NCBI GenBank assembly: GCA_026708545.1
Contig: JAPOUT010000001.1
Location: 3,410-67,409 of the forward strand
Direction: 5' to 3'
Source of the DNA: Hyphomicrobiales bacterium
Lineage (GTDB): Bacteria > Pseudomonadota > Alphaproteobacteria > JAPOUT01
Length of the DNA: 64,000 nucleotides
In this document: piece after piece, positions 12,158 to 23,100 of the stretch
How the letters are laid out: each line of letters opens with the position of its first letter
Numbering within the stretch: the first letter of the stretch is position 1
The notes under the pieces: generated by a model
Seen by the model: only the letters and a program-made list of their open reading frames with translations
Databases searched by the model: none
What the model was told of the DNA's origin: nothing
Program-made: the position numbers and the translations under genes

Positions 12158-13657
12158 ATGAGCGTCTATCTCCTTTCACTAATTACCTTCCTGCCTCTCG
12201 CGGGCGCGGCCGTTATCGCCATGGCAAAAGGCGACCCCGAAGTCGTCGCGAAAAACGCGCGGTACGCGGCCCTGTGGACAAGTTCCGTCACACTGCTGCT
12301 CGCCATCTTCATGTGGATACAATTCGACAGCAACGCTGTCGGGTTTCAATTCGTTGAAGATGTCGCTTGGCTTTCCGGCACCATCCGCTACCAAATGGGC
12401 GTTGATGGAATCTCCGCTCCGTTCGTTCTGCTCACCGCGAGCCTCATGCCCTTGTGCGTGCTGGCAAGCTGGCAAGCCATCCAAAAGCGCGTCAAAGAAT
12501 ACATGGTCGCCTTTCTCGTTCTTGAAACGCTTCTCATCGGAGTCTTCTGCGCACAAGACCTCGTCGTCTTCTACCTTTTCTTCGAAGGCGGACTCATCCC
12601 CATGTTCTTTATCATAGGCATCTGGGGCGGTGCGCGGCGAATCTATGCAACTTTCAAATTCTTCCTTTACACCTTCCTCGGTTCCGTCTTGATGTTGGTC
12701 GCCATAATAGCCATCTATTGGGTCGCCGGAACGACTTCCATCCCCGATCTGCTGCGCTTCGACTTCCCGCCGCAGATGCAGCCGTGGTTATGGCTCGCCT
12801 TCTTTGCCGCCTTCATGGTCAAGTTGCCGATGTGGCCCGCCCACACCTGGCTTCCCGATGCACACGTTGAAGCTCCGACCGCGGGCTCCGTCATCCTCGC
12901 GGGAGTGCTACTAAAACTCGGCGGATACGGATTCCTCCGCTTCTCCCTGCCGATGTTCCCCCTGGCAAGCGAGATGTTCACAGTGCCGGTGTTCGTGTTG
13001 AGCATCATTGCCATTCTCTACACGTCCCTCGTCGCCCTCGCGCAAAAAGACATTAAAAAGCTCATCGCATATTCCTCCGTTGCACACATGGGGTACGTCA
13101 CCATCGGAATTTTCTGCGCAAACGCGCAGGGAATTCAAGGCGCCGTGTTTCAAATGCTGTCGCACGGATGGATATCGGCCGCACTGTTTTTGTGCGTCGG
13201 AGTGCTCTACGACAGAACCCACAGCCGTGAAATCGCAACCTACGGCGGCATCGTCCAGCGCATGCCCGTCTTCGCTTTCGCGCTTATGGTGTTTTCACTG
13301 GCGAATGTAGGACTCCCGGGAACGAGCGGTTTCATCGGCGAGATCCTTCCCATCGTCGGGGCCTTCGAACAATACAGCTGGGTCGCGGCGCTCGCCGCTA
13401 CAGGCATGATCCTCTCCGCCGCCTACATGCTGTTTTTGTACCGCCGCGTCATCTTCGGGACCGTCTCAAACGAAGCGCTCAAAGACATCATGGACGTCAC
13501 GCCGCGCGAGATCGCAATCCTGTTGCCGTTACTGGCGGCAACCATCCTGTTCGGCATATACCCCGCTCCCGTCCTTGATGCCGTCGCTGTCACGGCCGAT
13601 CAAATCCTCATCCGTTATCAAGAAGGGCTGGCTCTCGGCGGTGCAACCCCGTATTAA
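12158..13657 (+). CDS. nuoM: NADH-quinone oxidoreductase subunit M
   Basis: Antiporter-like subunit ([23 protein letters not shown]). Internal ATG after the nuoL stop. Confidence 0.9.
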   Translation: MSVYLLSLITFLPLAGAAVIAMAKGDPEVVAKNARYAALWTSSVTLLLAIFMWIQFDSNAVGFQFVEDVAWLSGTIRYQMGVDGISAPFVLLTASLMPLCVLASWQAIQKRVKEYMVAFLVLETLLIGVFCAQDLVVFYLFFEGGLIPMFFIIGIWGGARRIYATFKFFLYTFLGSVLMLVAIIAIYWVAGTTSIPDLLRFDFPPQMQPWLWLAFFAAFMVKLPMWPAHTWLPDAHVEAPTAGSVILAGVLLKLGGYGFLRFSLPMFPLASEMFTVPVFVLSIIAILYTSLVALAQKDIKKLIAYSSVAHMGYVTIGIFCANAQGIQGAVFQMLSHGWISAALFLCVGVLYDRTHSREIATYGGIVQRMPVFAFALMVFSLANVGLPGTSGFIGEILPIVGAFEQYSWVAALAATGMILSAAYMLFLYRRVIFGTVSNEALKDIMDVTPREIAILLPLLAATILFGIYPAPVLDAVAVTADQILIRYQEGLALGGATPY

Positions 13658-13663
13658 AGCGAC

Positions 13664-15133
13664 ATGATAAACTTCGACGCCTTGCAATCCCTCGAACCCA
13701 ACGCGCTTATTCTGTTCGCGCCGGAAATACTCCTTGCTACAATGGCGATGCTCATGCTGATGTTCGGCGTCTTTCGGCCCAAATCCATGCGAACCGTCTA
13801 CCGCATCGCCATTACAACGCTCATATTGGCAACTGCCGCGTTGCTGTTCCCTTTCTTCCAACCGGGTGATTTCATCCTTTTTGGCGGCGCGGTCATCGTT
13901 GATGACTTCGCACGGTATATGAAATGCCTCATCCTCGCCGCCGCCCTCGCCGCAATCTTCATGGCGCGCGACTATCTCGAACGAACGCAACTCCAACGCT
14001 TCGAATATCCCGTACTCATACTCCTCGCAACGCTGGGAATGTGCCTCATGGTCTCCGCAAAAGACCTCGTCGCCATGTATCTCGCCCTCGAACTCCAGGG
14101 ACTCTGCCTCTATATCCTCGCAGCCTTCAAACGCGATTCCCTGCGCTCGAGTGAGGCGGGATTGAAGTATTTCGTACTCGGTGCGCTGTCGTCCGGCATC
14201 CTGTTGTTCGGCTGCTCGCTACTCTACGGCTTCACCGGCGCAACCGGCTTCGAAGCCCTCGCAAACGCGGCCGGCACGATGCCCGAAAACCTCGGGTTGC
14301 TGTTCGGGCTCGTTTTCGTCCTTGCCGGGCTCGCCTTCAAATGCTCTGCCGTGCCCTTCCACATGTGGACGCCCGATGTCTATGAAGGCGCGCCCACGCC
14401 CGTGACCGCCTTCCTTGCCGGAGCTGCAAAACTCGCGGCCGTCGGCCTCATCGTGCGCTTCCTCGCCGGAGGATTCCTTCCTGCGGCAACGCAATGGCAG
14501 CAAATCATCATCGCCCTCGCCGCCACAAGCATGGTTCTGGGCGCATTCGCGGCAATCGGGCAAAACAACGTCAAAAGACTCATGGCATACAGCGCAATCG
14601 GACATATCGGCTACATGCTCAGCGCCCTTGCGACCGCAACGTTCGAAGGTGTTACGGGCATCCTCCTATATCTCTTCCTGTACCTCACCATGAATATCGG
14701 GGTCTTCGCCGCCATCCTCCTAATGCAAAAACAAGACTCGCAAGTTGAAAACATCAGCGACCTCGCGGGGCTGCACGAACGCAATCCCGGCACGGCATTC
14801 ATGCTCGCCGTACTGCTGTTCTCTCTGGCGGGCGTGCCGCCGCTTGCCGGATTCTTTGCCAAGTTTTATGTCTTCCTCGCCGTGGTCGAAGCCGGACTCT
14901 ATCCTCTCGCCATCATCGGCGTACTCGCAAGCGTCGTCGCCGCCTTCTACTATCTGCGAATTGTCAAAATCATGTATTTCGACACAATCGCGGAACCGAT
15001 GCGGCAAACCGCGGCCATCGAACTCAAGTGCCTGCTCGTGATTGCGGGAATCATCAACCTCGTCTTCTTCGTCTATCCCGCCGTGCTGCTCGCTCCCGCA
15101 CAATGGGGCGCGACTTCCCTCATCCTGCCATGA
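13664..15133 (+). CDS. nuoN: NADH-quinone oxidoreductase subunit N
   Basis: 489-aa polytopic membrane subunit; last gene of the nuo block. Confidence 0.9.
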   Translation: MINFDALQSLEPNALILFAPEILLATMAMLMLMFGVFRPKSMRTVYRIAITTLILATAALLFPFFQPGDFILFGGAVIVDDFARYMKCLILAAALAAIFMARDYLERTQLQRFEYPVLILLATLGMCLMVSAKDLVAMYLALELQGLCLYILAAFKRDSLRSSEAGLKYFVLGALSSGILLFGCSLLYGFTGATGFEALANAAGTMPENLGLLFGLVFVLAGLAFKCSAVPFHMWTPDVYEGAPTPVTAFLAGAAKLAAVGLIVRFLAGGFLPAATQWQQIIIALAATSMVLGAFAAIGQNNVKRLMAYSAIGHIGYMLSALATATFEGVTGILLYLFLYLTMNIGVFAAILLMQKQDSQVENISDLAGLHERNPGTAFMLAVLLFSLAGVPPLAGFFAKFYVFLAVVEAGLYPLAIIGVLASVVAAFYYLRIVKIMYFDTIAEPMRQTAAIELKCLLVIAGIINLVFFVYPAVLLAPAQWGATSLILP

Positions 15134-15930
15134 ACATGCCACCGCACTACCGGCTGCGAACCCTTGGCGACGTCGATAGCACCAACGCCGAAGCGGTCCG
15201 CATCCTTCAAACGCACGACGACCCGCCGCCAACATGGATAACAGCAAGTTCGCAAAACTCCGGACGGGGGCGACGGGGACGGACGTGGAACTCACCGCCG
15301 GGAAACCTGTACGCAACCCTCCTGTTCCGCCCACATGTCAGTGCAAACATCGCGCCGCAGCTCTCTCTGGTCGCGTCTTTGGCCGTGCGCGACATGGCAG
15401 CGTCGTTCCTTCAACACGGCGGCGGCGTTACTTTGAAATGGCCCAACGATGTTTTGCTTGACGGAAAAAAACTCGCAGGCATTCTTCTTGAGACGCACCA
15501 AAGCGACAACAACGGCGGCAACGTCGGATGGATCGCCATCGGAATCGGAGTCAATCTGATACATTTCCCTCTCGACTCCCCCTATCCGGCAACATCTCTG
15601 CAGCAATACTGCGGCAAGCATCCCGAACCGCCGGAAGCGCTGGATGCGCTTGCATGGAGCATGGACGCGCGACTCTCCGGATGGAACAAAGGCGAGGGAT
15701 TCGAACGCTTCCGCAACGAATGGACGGAGCACGCCTACGGCATCGGCGAAGAAGTCCGCGTCGGCTTGGGCGGAAATAACAACGAAATGCGCGGCACCTT
15801 CCTCGGACTCGACAACAACGGCGCATTGCGTTTGCGACACGAGCAGGGGGAACAATCCCTGCAAGCCGCAGATGTGCGATTCCTTCGAACCCGGAAACTG
15901 GAACAACAAAGGGCAAGCCATGCCGGATAA
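15130..15930 (+). CDS. birA: biotin--[acetyl-CoA-carboxylase] ligase
   Basis: BPL catalytic-domain motifs (GRGRRGRTWNSPPGNLY, KWPNDVLLDGKKLAGILLE). ATGA overlap with the nuoN stop. Confidence 0.8.
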   Translation: MNMPPHYRLRTLGDVDSTNAEAVRILQTHDDPPPTWITASSQNSGRGRRGRTWNSPPGNLYATLLFRPHVSANIAPQLSLVASLAVRDMAASFLQHGGGVTLKWPNDVLLDGKKLAGILLETHQSDNNGGNVGWIAIGIGVNLIHFPLDSPYPATSLQQYCGKHPEPPEALDALAWSMDARLSGWNKGEGFERFRNEWTEHAYGIGEEVRVGLGGNNNEMRGTFLGLDNNGALRLRHEQGEQSLQAADVRFLRTRKLEQQRASHAG

Positions 15931-16354
15931 CGACAAGATACTCAAAACCCTCTGCAAGCGGCTCAACCACATCGCCATCGCCGTGCCCGATGTCCGAGCG
16001 GCGGCCGCCGTTTACAAAGATGCAATGGGCGCGGAAACATCCGAGCCAACCCCCGTTCCAAACCATGGCGTGACCACAGTCTTCGTCAGCATGCCCGGCG
16101 CATCCATCGAACTCCTTGAGCCGCTGGGAGAAAACTCGCCCATCGAAAAATTCTTGCAAAAAAACCCACGTGGCGGCATTCATCATCTATGCTATGAAGT
16201 TGATGACATTCACGCTGCACGGGAGATTCTCCGAAGCAAGGGCATTGCGCCCATCGGCGAAATCTCCGACGGCGCGCACGGGACGCCCGTGATGTTTCTC
16301 CACCCGCGGGATTTCGCGGGCGTGCTTATCGAACTTGAACAGACCCACGAGTAA
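15920..16354 (+). CDS. mce: methylmalonyl-CoA epimerase / glyoxalase-VOC family protein
   Basis: VOC-fold signature (LNHIAIAVPD..GGIHHLCYEVDDI). Start taken at the internal ATG; overlaps the birA end by 11 nt. Confidence 0.7.
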   Translation: MPDNDKILKTLCKRLNHIAIAVPDVRAAAAVYKDAMGAETSEPTPVPNHGVTTVFVSMPGASIELLEPLGENSPIEKFLQKNPRGGIHHLCYEVDDIHAAREILRSKGIAPIGEISDGAHGTPVMFLHPRDFAGVLIELEQTHE

Positions 16355-16356
16355 AA

Positions 16357-16629
16357 ATGGACATACTTCTGCAAGCCCTGCTGTTCTTCCTCATCTGGTG
16401 TATGGTGTTCTTCGCATCCCTACCGTTTGCCATCACAACGCAGATGGAACAGCGCCATATCGTCCCCGGGACCAGTGAAAGCGCCCCCGTGCACACGAAA
16501 CTCAAGCGCAAAGTCGTCATCGCCACCCTCGTTACCCTCGTGCTCTGGCTCGTCACGCGCGAAATCATCCAAAACGGATGGATACGGATCGAAGATATTC
16601 CTCTTCCGCCCGGAGTCGAGTTAGAATAG
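16357..16629 (+). CDS. small membrane protein (DUF1467-like)
   Basis: 90 aa with two hydrophobic segments. The position between mce and proS matches the conserved alphaproteobacterial arrangement. Confidence 0.55.
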   Translation: MDILLQALLFFLIWCMVFFASLPFAITTQMEQRHIVPGTSESAPVHTKLKRKVVIATLVTLVLWLVTREIIQNGWIRIEDIPLPPGVELE

Positions 16630-16633
16630 CCCC

Positions 16634-17974
16634 ATGCGACTTACACGATACTTCCTCCCCGTGCTCAAGGAAAACCCTGCGGAAGCACACATCGTATCCC
16701 ACCGCCTCATGCTGCGCGCGGGACTCGTGCAACAACAAACCGCGGGAATCTATGCATGGCTGCCCCTCGGGTTTCGGGTGCTCAAGAAAATCGAAGCAAT
16801 TGTGCGCGACGAACAAGAACGTGCCGGAAGCATTGAGATCCTCATGCCCACGATACAATCCGCCGATTTGTGGGAACGCTCGGGGCGATACCAGGAATAC
16901 GGAAAGGAAATGCTCCGCATCCAGGACCGTCACGAACGCGACCTTCTTTACGGCCCCACCAACGAAGAGATGGTCACCTCAATCTTCTCTTCCGCGGCAC
17001 GAAGTTATCGGGACCTGCCGCGAAACCTGTTCCACATCCAATGGAAATTCCGCGATGAAGTCCGTCCCCGTTTCGGGGTTATGCGCGGGCGCGAGTTCCT
17101 CATGAAAGACGGATATTCTTTCGACATTGATGCCGAGAGCGGGCGGCGCTCGTATCGACGCATGTTCGTCTCCTACCTGCGCACATTCGAACGGATGGGC
17201 CTGCGCGCCATCCCGATGGCGGCGCAGACCGGCCCCATCGGCGGAGACCTCAGCCACGAATTTTCCATTCTCGCCGAGACGGGAGAATCGCAGATTTTTT
17301 GCCACCGAGACTTGATGGAGATGTCCATGCCCGGCGACGACATTGACTACGACTCCGATCTCAAACCCATCGTTGAGCGCTGGACGAAACCCTACGCCCG
17401 CGCAGACGATGAACATGACCCCGCCGTCTTCGAATCCGAAGTCGCTCCGAACGACCGCCTTGAGGCACGCGGCATTGAAGTCGGTCATGTGTTCTTTTTC
17501 GGAAGTAAATACTCCGAGCCTCTCGAGGCAACGGTCTCGACGCCGGAAGGACGTTCGGTTCCCTTGCAGAGCGGTTCCTACGGCATCGGCGTCTCGAGAC
17601 TCGTCGGCGCAATTATTGAGGCGTACCATGACGATGCCGGAATCATCTGGCCCGAATCGATAGCCCCCTTCCAAGTCGGACTCGTCAATCTCGGTCCCGA
17701 TAAGCCCGAATGCGTTGAATGTTGCGAGTCACTCTACGCGCAACTCAACAACGCGGGCATCGAAACCCTCTTCGACGACACGAGTGAAAACCCCGGCGTC
17801 AAACTTTCGCGCATGGAACTCATCGGACTGCCATGGCAGTTGCGCATCGGTCCGCGCTCGCTCAAAAAAGGCGTCGGAGAAATCCAGGCGCGGCGCACGG
17901 GCGAAAACACAGAAGTCCCGGTCGACAATCTTGTCGAGCGCATCAATACACTCCTGGGGAGGGTGTCCGCATGA
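16634..17974 (+). CDS. proS: proline--tRNA ligase (short alphaproteobacterial-type class II)
   Basis: 446 aa with class II aaRS motifs ([31 protein letters not shown]). Confidence 0.9.
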   Translation: MRLTRYFLPVLKENPAEAHIVSHRLMLRAGLVQQQTAGIYAWLPLGFRVLKKIEAIVRDEQERAGSIEILMPTIQSADLWERSGRYQEYGKEMLRIQDRHERDLLYGPTNEEMVTSIFSSAARSYRDLPRNLFHIQWKFRDEVRPRFGVMRGREFLMKDGYSFDIDAESGRRSYRRMFVSYLRTFERMGLRAIPMAAQTGPIGGDLSHEFSILAETGESQIFCHRDLMEMSMPGDDIDYDSDLKPIVERWTKPYARADDEHDPAVFESEVAPNDRLEARGIEVGHVFFFGSKYSEPLEATVSTPEGRSVPLQSGSYGIGVSRLVGAIIEAYHDDAGIIWPESIAPFQVGLVNLGPDKPECVECCESLYAQLNNAGIETLFDDTSENPGVKLSRMELIGLPWQLRIGPRSLKKGVGEIQARRTGENTEVPVDNLVERINTLLGRVSA

Positions 17975-19239
17975 TGCTTGATCCCGACAACGCACACGCT
18001 TTTTCCGGATTCGAACGGAAAGTTGCATTCCGTTATCTGCGGCCGGCCAACACCGAAGGCTTTATCTCCGTCATAGCAGCACTGTCGTTCCTCGGAATCA
18101 TGCTTGGCGTTGCAACTTTGGTGGTGGTGATGTCGGTGATGAACGGATTCAGAACCGAACTTCTCGACCGCATCCTGGGAGTCAACGGACACTTCGTTGT
18201 CTATCAAGGAAATACGCAAGTTCTTGATGACGTCGCTGCCACCGATCTTCTCAACGGCATCAACGGACTTGTCGCCGCCATTCCTCTCGTTGACGGACAG
18301 GCATTGGTAAGCGGAACAAGAACCTCCCGCGGCGTGCTCGCAAGGGGCATCAAGGCGCAAGACCTCGAACGCGTCACAATTCTTTCCGAAAATCTGAGCG
18401 GGGGCGCCCTTGAATCCTTTGCCGCAGACGGAGGTATTATCACCGGTTCGAGGCTAGCAGACGCCTTGGGCGTCAATGTCGGTGATACCGTCTCACTCCT
18501 GGCGCCCGAAGGCGCAAACACGCCTTTCGGAGTCGCGCCGCGATACCTCTCCTTTCCTGTGGTCGGAACGTTCGAAGTGGGAATGTCGGAAATCGACGCA
18601 AACGTTCTCTTCCTTCCGCTGGAAACAGCGCAACGATTCTTCAATGCCGGTCCGGGGGTTTCGCAAATCGAAATCTTCATCAACAATCCCGAAGACACCA
18701 ATCTGCTCCGTGAACAAATAGAACGCGCCGTTCCAAACCATCCCGTCACGGACTGGAAACAATCCAATGCAACCCTTCAGGGCGCCCTTGAAGTCGAACG
18801 AAACGTCATGTTCCTTATATTGACGATGATCGTTTTGGTTGCCGCGCTCAACATCGTCTCCGGCATGATCATGCTCGTCAAAGACAAAAACAAGGACATC
18901 GCCGTTCTACGGGCCATGGGAGCAACAAAGGGCGCCATACTGCGAATCTTCTTCCTCGCAGGCGCAAGCATCGGCATCAGCGGAACCATTATCGGATGCA
19001 TCATAGGAATCCTCTTCTGCCAAAACATCGAGACGCTCCGACAGTGGCTCTCCAAACTCTCCGGCACCGAACTCTTCTCCCCGGAGGTCTATTACCTTAC
19101 ACAACTTCCCGCCAAAATGGATGCAAGCGAAATCATAGGTATTGTTTTGATGGCGCTGACGCTTTCGTTTCTTGCAACGCTCTACCCTTCCTGGCGCGCC
19201 GCATCCCTCGACCCCGTCCAGGTGCTTCGTTATGAGTAA
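17971..19239 (+). CDS. lolE: lipoprotein-releasing system permease LolC/LolE
   Basis: FtsX-like permease with a large periplasmic loop. Internal start [23 protein letters not shown]; ATGA overlap with proS. Confidence 0.85.
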   Translation: MMLDPDNAHAFSGFERKVAFRYLRPANTEGFISVIAALSFLGIMLGVATLVVVMSVMNGFRTELLDRILGVNGHFVVYQGNTQVLDDVAATDLLNGINGLVAAIPLVDGQALVSGTRTSRGVLARGIKAQDLERVTILSENLSGGALESFAADGGIITGSRLADALGVNVGDTVSLLAPEGANTPFGVAPRYLSFPVVGTFEVGMSEIDANVLFLPLETAQRFFNAGPGVSQIEIFINNPEDTNLLREQIERAVPNHPVTDWKQSNATLQGALEVERNVMFLILTMIVLVAALNIVSGMIMLVKDKNKDIAVLRAMGATKGAILRIFFLAGASIGISGTIIGCIIGILFCQNIETLRQWLSKLSGTELFSPEVYYLTQLPAKMDASEIIGIVLMALTLSFLATLYPSWRAASLDPVQVLRYE

Positions 19240-19960
19240 CGGTTCCGATTCCAAACGCGTGACGCTCGCAATCGAAGAGGTCGAGCGAAATTACATACAA
19301 GGAGGCGAACGTCTGCAGGTGTTCAAAGGCGCTTCCTTGGAAATCCATGCCGGCGAGATGGTCGCGCTGGTCGGACCAAGCGGGTCCGGGAAGTCTTCCC
19401 TGCTGCATATCGCGGGGCTGCTCGAAAAACCCGATAGAGGCGAAATTACCATCTGTGGAAGAACAACGACGGATCTCCATGATAAACAACTCTCGCTGTT
19501 GCGCCGCGACAGCATAGGTTTTGTATTCCAATTCCACCATCTGCTCTCGGAATTTTCGGCTCTCGAAAACGTTGCCATGCCGCAGCGTATCAAGGGCATT
19601 TCAAACGCACGAGCATCCAAGCAGGCAGAAAACCTTTTGCGCGAATTGGGTCTGGGCGAGAGACTTGAGCACCGTCCGGGACAATTATCCGGCGGCGAAC
19701 AGCAGCGCGTCGCCATCGCACGGGCACTCGTAAACGAACCCGACATTCTTCTCGCAGACGAACCCACGGGAGATCTTGACCCTGCAACCGCGCGAATGGT
19801 GTTTAAACAATTTCTCCAAAGCGTTCGGGCCAGGGGGCTTGCCGCATTGATTGCCACGCACAATCTTGCACTCGCGTCACATATGGACCGAGTTGTCCTG
19901 TTGCGCGGCGGCCTTCTTTATGAAGGCACGGATCTCGCAAGAGAGTTTACAGAGAGATAA
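19232..19960 (+). CDS. lolD: lipoprotein-releasing system ATP-binding protein
   Basis: ABC ATPase with Walker A GPSGSGKSS, signature LSGGEQQRVAIARAL, and Walker B ILLADEPTGDLD. Confidence 0.85.
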   Translation: MSNGSDSKRVTLAIEEVERNYIQGGERLQVFKGASLEIHAGEMVALVGPSGSGKSSLLHIAGLLEKPDRGEITICGRTTTDLHDKQLSLLRRDSIGFVFQFHHLLSEFSALENVAMPQRIKGISNARASKQAENLLRELGLGERLEHRPGQLSGGEQQRVAIARALVNEPDILLADEPTGDLDPATARMVFKQFLQSVRARGLAALIATHNLALASHMDRVVLLRGGLLYEGTDLAREFTER

Positions 19961-20048
19961 AGCCGGGGATTACGCGGCGCGACGCGCACGGGAACGAATT
20001 ATCCCGCAGCATGCGAAAACATGCGAGGGCACGAAGACGGGCCCGGTT

Positions 20049-20072
20049 CGGCGGTTGCAAACCCGCCGTTTT
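20049..20072 (+). terminator. putative intrinsic terminator after lolD (6-bp GC stem CGGCGG/CCGCCG, 8-nt loop, TTTT)
   Basis: Hairpin read directly. The T-run is only 4 nt, so the terminator is probably weak. Confidence 0.3.
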
Positions 20073-20084
20073 GCCCGTTTGCTC

Positions 20085-20106
20085 CGCGGATTTTGGAGAA
20101 TCCGCG
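20085..20106. promoter_or_regulatory. perfect 8-bp inverted repeat CGCGGATT-TTGGAG-AATCCGCG upstream of dnaE
   Basis: Palindrome read directly; no T-run follows it. Confidence 0.25.
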
Positions 20107-20188
20107 CCGGACGCTTAAGTGCGCAGCCCCGGGATAAAGCCTCGTTTGATTTTATACAGCATCCTTCCTCTCTGCTATACTACCGGCC

Positions 20189-23100
20189 ATGTCCTTCGTG
20201 CATTTACACACATACACCGCATATTCTCTGCTTGAAAGCGCTTTGCGAATCGAACGGCTCGCCGAATTCTGCCGAACCCACAAATCCCCCGCACTCGCCG
20301 TCACCGACAGGGGCAACATGTTCGGCGCCTTGGAGTTTTCCGAAGCCCTCGCCAAGGAAGGCGTCCAGCCTATCATCGGAGTGACGCTGCCCGTTCATCC
20401 GGACCCTTCCCAGGACAACGCGCAAACGAACCTGGCCTTCCGGTTGCCGCATATCCTTCTGCTCGCCAAAGACGAGCAAGGCTATCAAAATTTGATGAAG
20501 GTCGTTTCCGAAATTCATCTCCGTCCCCGCGCTCTTGTTAACGAAGACAATCGCAACTCTCCTTCCATCCACGAGCCCCACGCCCATCTCGGCATGTTGG
20601 AGAACCATGCAGAAGGACTCATCTGCCTGACCGGCGGCAACGAAGGCCTCCTCGAGCATTTTCTTATCCAGGGCCAGGACGCGCGCGCGAAAGAGGCACT
20701 CATCAAACTCAAAGAGATATTTCCCGAACGCCTCTACGTGGAACTCCAGCGCCACAACCTTGAACACGAACACCAGAGCGAAGCGCGCCAAATTGCCCTC
20801 GCCTACGAACTCGAGTTGCCGCTGGTCGCAACCAACGCCGCCCGCTTCCACGAACGCGGCGATTTTCCCGCCTACGAAGTCTTGTGCTGCATCGAGCAGG
20901 GCATACGAATCGATCAGCCCAACCGGCGCAAAAGCACCGAGGAGCACTATCTCAAACCTCCCGGAGAAATGCACAAACTCTTCGCGGACATTCCCGAAGC
21001 CCTCGACAACTCCATCGAAATCGCCCGACGCTGTTCATACCGCCCCACTCCGCGCGAAGCCATCCTGCCGCGCTTCCCGGATGCCGAAAAAAGCGAAGCG
21101 GAAGAATTGTGTTCGCGCGCCCGCGAAGGCCTGCGGATGCGATTCGAAAGCATCAATCTCGCCGGCACGAAAGAGGAATATGAACAACGCCTCGAGCACG
21201 AACTCGATGTCATCACCAAGATGAACTATCCCGGATATTTTCTCGTCGTCGCCGATTTCATCCAGTGGGCCCGGGCGGAAAAAATCCCCGTGGGCCCCGG
21301 ACGAGGCTCCGGCGCGGGTTCGCTGGTCGCCTACGCGCTCACCATTACGGACATCGACCCGTTGCGCTTCGGCTTGTTGTTCGAGCGCTTCCTCAACTCC
21401 GAGCGCATCTCCATGCCCGACTTCGATATCGACTTCTGCCCGAACAGGCGTGACGAGGTCATCAACTACGTCTGCGAAAAATACGGGGGCGACAGAGTCG
21501 CGCAAATCATCACCTTCGGAACCCTGCAGGCGCGCGCCGTCCTGCGCGATGTCGGACGCGTCCTCGGCGTGCCGTACGGGCAAGTCGACCGCTTGTGCAA
21601 ACTCGTCCCCTACACCCCCACCAACCCGACATCCCTCGGACAGGCCATCCGCGAAACCCAGCAACTGGCCGATGCGCGCGAGCAAGATGAAACCGTCGCG
21701 CACATGATGGACGTCGCCATACAACTCGAAGGACTCTACCGGCACGCATCCACCCACGCCGCCGGCATCGTTATTTCGAACAAACCTCTCAACGAACTTG
21801 TCCCGCTCTACAGGGACTCCCGGTCGGAAATGCCGGTGACGCAATTTTCCATGAAGTGGGTGGAGAGCGCCGGACTGGTTAAGTTCGATTTCCTCGGACT
21901 GAAAACGCTCAGCATCATTGATCTTGCCGCGACAAACGTTAATGCCCCTCGCAACATGCCCCTTGACGATGAAAAAACTTTCGAGATGCTCCGGCGCGGC
22001 GATACCATGGGCGTGTTCCAAGTGGAAGGCCAGGGCATGAGTGACACCCTGCGAAGCATGGGCGCCGACCGCATCGAAGATCTCATCGCCCTCATCGCGC
22101 TTTACCGACCCGGCCCCATGGACAACATCCCCATATTCATCAAATGCAAACAAGGCAAAGAAACTCCCGATTATATCCACGACACAATCCGCCCGGTGCT
22201 GGAGGAGACTTACGGTGTCATCGTCTACCAGGAGCAGGTGATGAAAATCGCGCAGATTCTCGCCGATTATTCCCTCAACGAAGCCGACATCCTGCGTCGG
22301 GCCATGGGTAAAAAAATCCGCTCCGAGATGGAACAGCAAAAACAACGCTTCGTCGAAGCCGTTCTAAGCAAAGACATCGATCGAAAACGCGCCGAACACA
22401 TCTTCCAACTGGTGAACAAATTCGCCGACTACGGCTTTAACAAAAGCCATGCGGCAGCGTATGCCATGCTTGTCTACCAGACCGCCTATTTGAAAGCGCA
22501 TTATCCCGCCCCCTTCCTCGCCGCATGCATGAGCTGGGACATGAGCAACACCGATAGAATCCGCGACCTGCGAGGAGAAGCCGAACACATCAACATCACC
22601 TTGCAAGCACCCTGCGTCAATCGCTCCGGAGAAGTCTTCGCCATCGACGACGACGGATCGATTCTCTACGCTCTCTCCGCCGTGCGCAACATCGGACGCC
22701 GCGCCGCCCGCCACATTGCAAAAGTGCGCGAGGAAGGCGGTAACTTCCGCGACCTGTTTGATTTCGCACGGCGGGTTTCCCCGCGACAAATGCCCAAGCG
22801 CGCATGGGAGTTTTTGATAAAAGCCGGTGCCTTCGATGCCCTTGAGCCCAACCGCAACCGAATCCTCCAGGAATCCGACCGGCTCATCTCCATCTCCGCG
22901 CGTGAATTGACCGAACAGGAGGACGCGCAAGACAATCTCTTCGGCGGCGGCAATTCCAATGCAACCCTGCAAGACGCTCCGCTGAAAGACGCACCGATGT
23001 GGGAGGACATAGAGCGCCTGCGCCACGAATTCGAAGCGATCGGGTTCCATCTCTCCGGCCACCCCCTCGATCCCTACAGGGAAGACCTCGCCAACGCGGG

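Noticed and set aside
10579-12159. 526-aa ORF on the minus strand
   Set aside because: Entirely antisense to nuoL. Its composition is acidic, Gly-rich and low-complexity, as expected for a stop-free shadow frame in GC-rich DNA. The same reasoning applies to 2571-3719 (antisense to nuoD), 21035-22345 (dnaE), 32773-33933 (bamA), 57818-58831 (DUF58) and 62891-63736.
20049-20106. SOS (LexA) box upstream of dnaE
   Set aside because: Neither hairpin matches the alphaproteobacterial LexA direct-repeat consensus GTTC-N7-GTTC.
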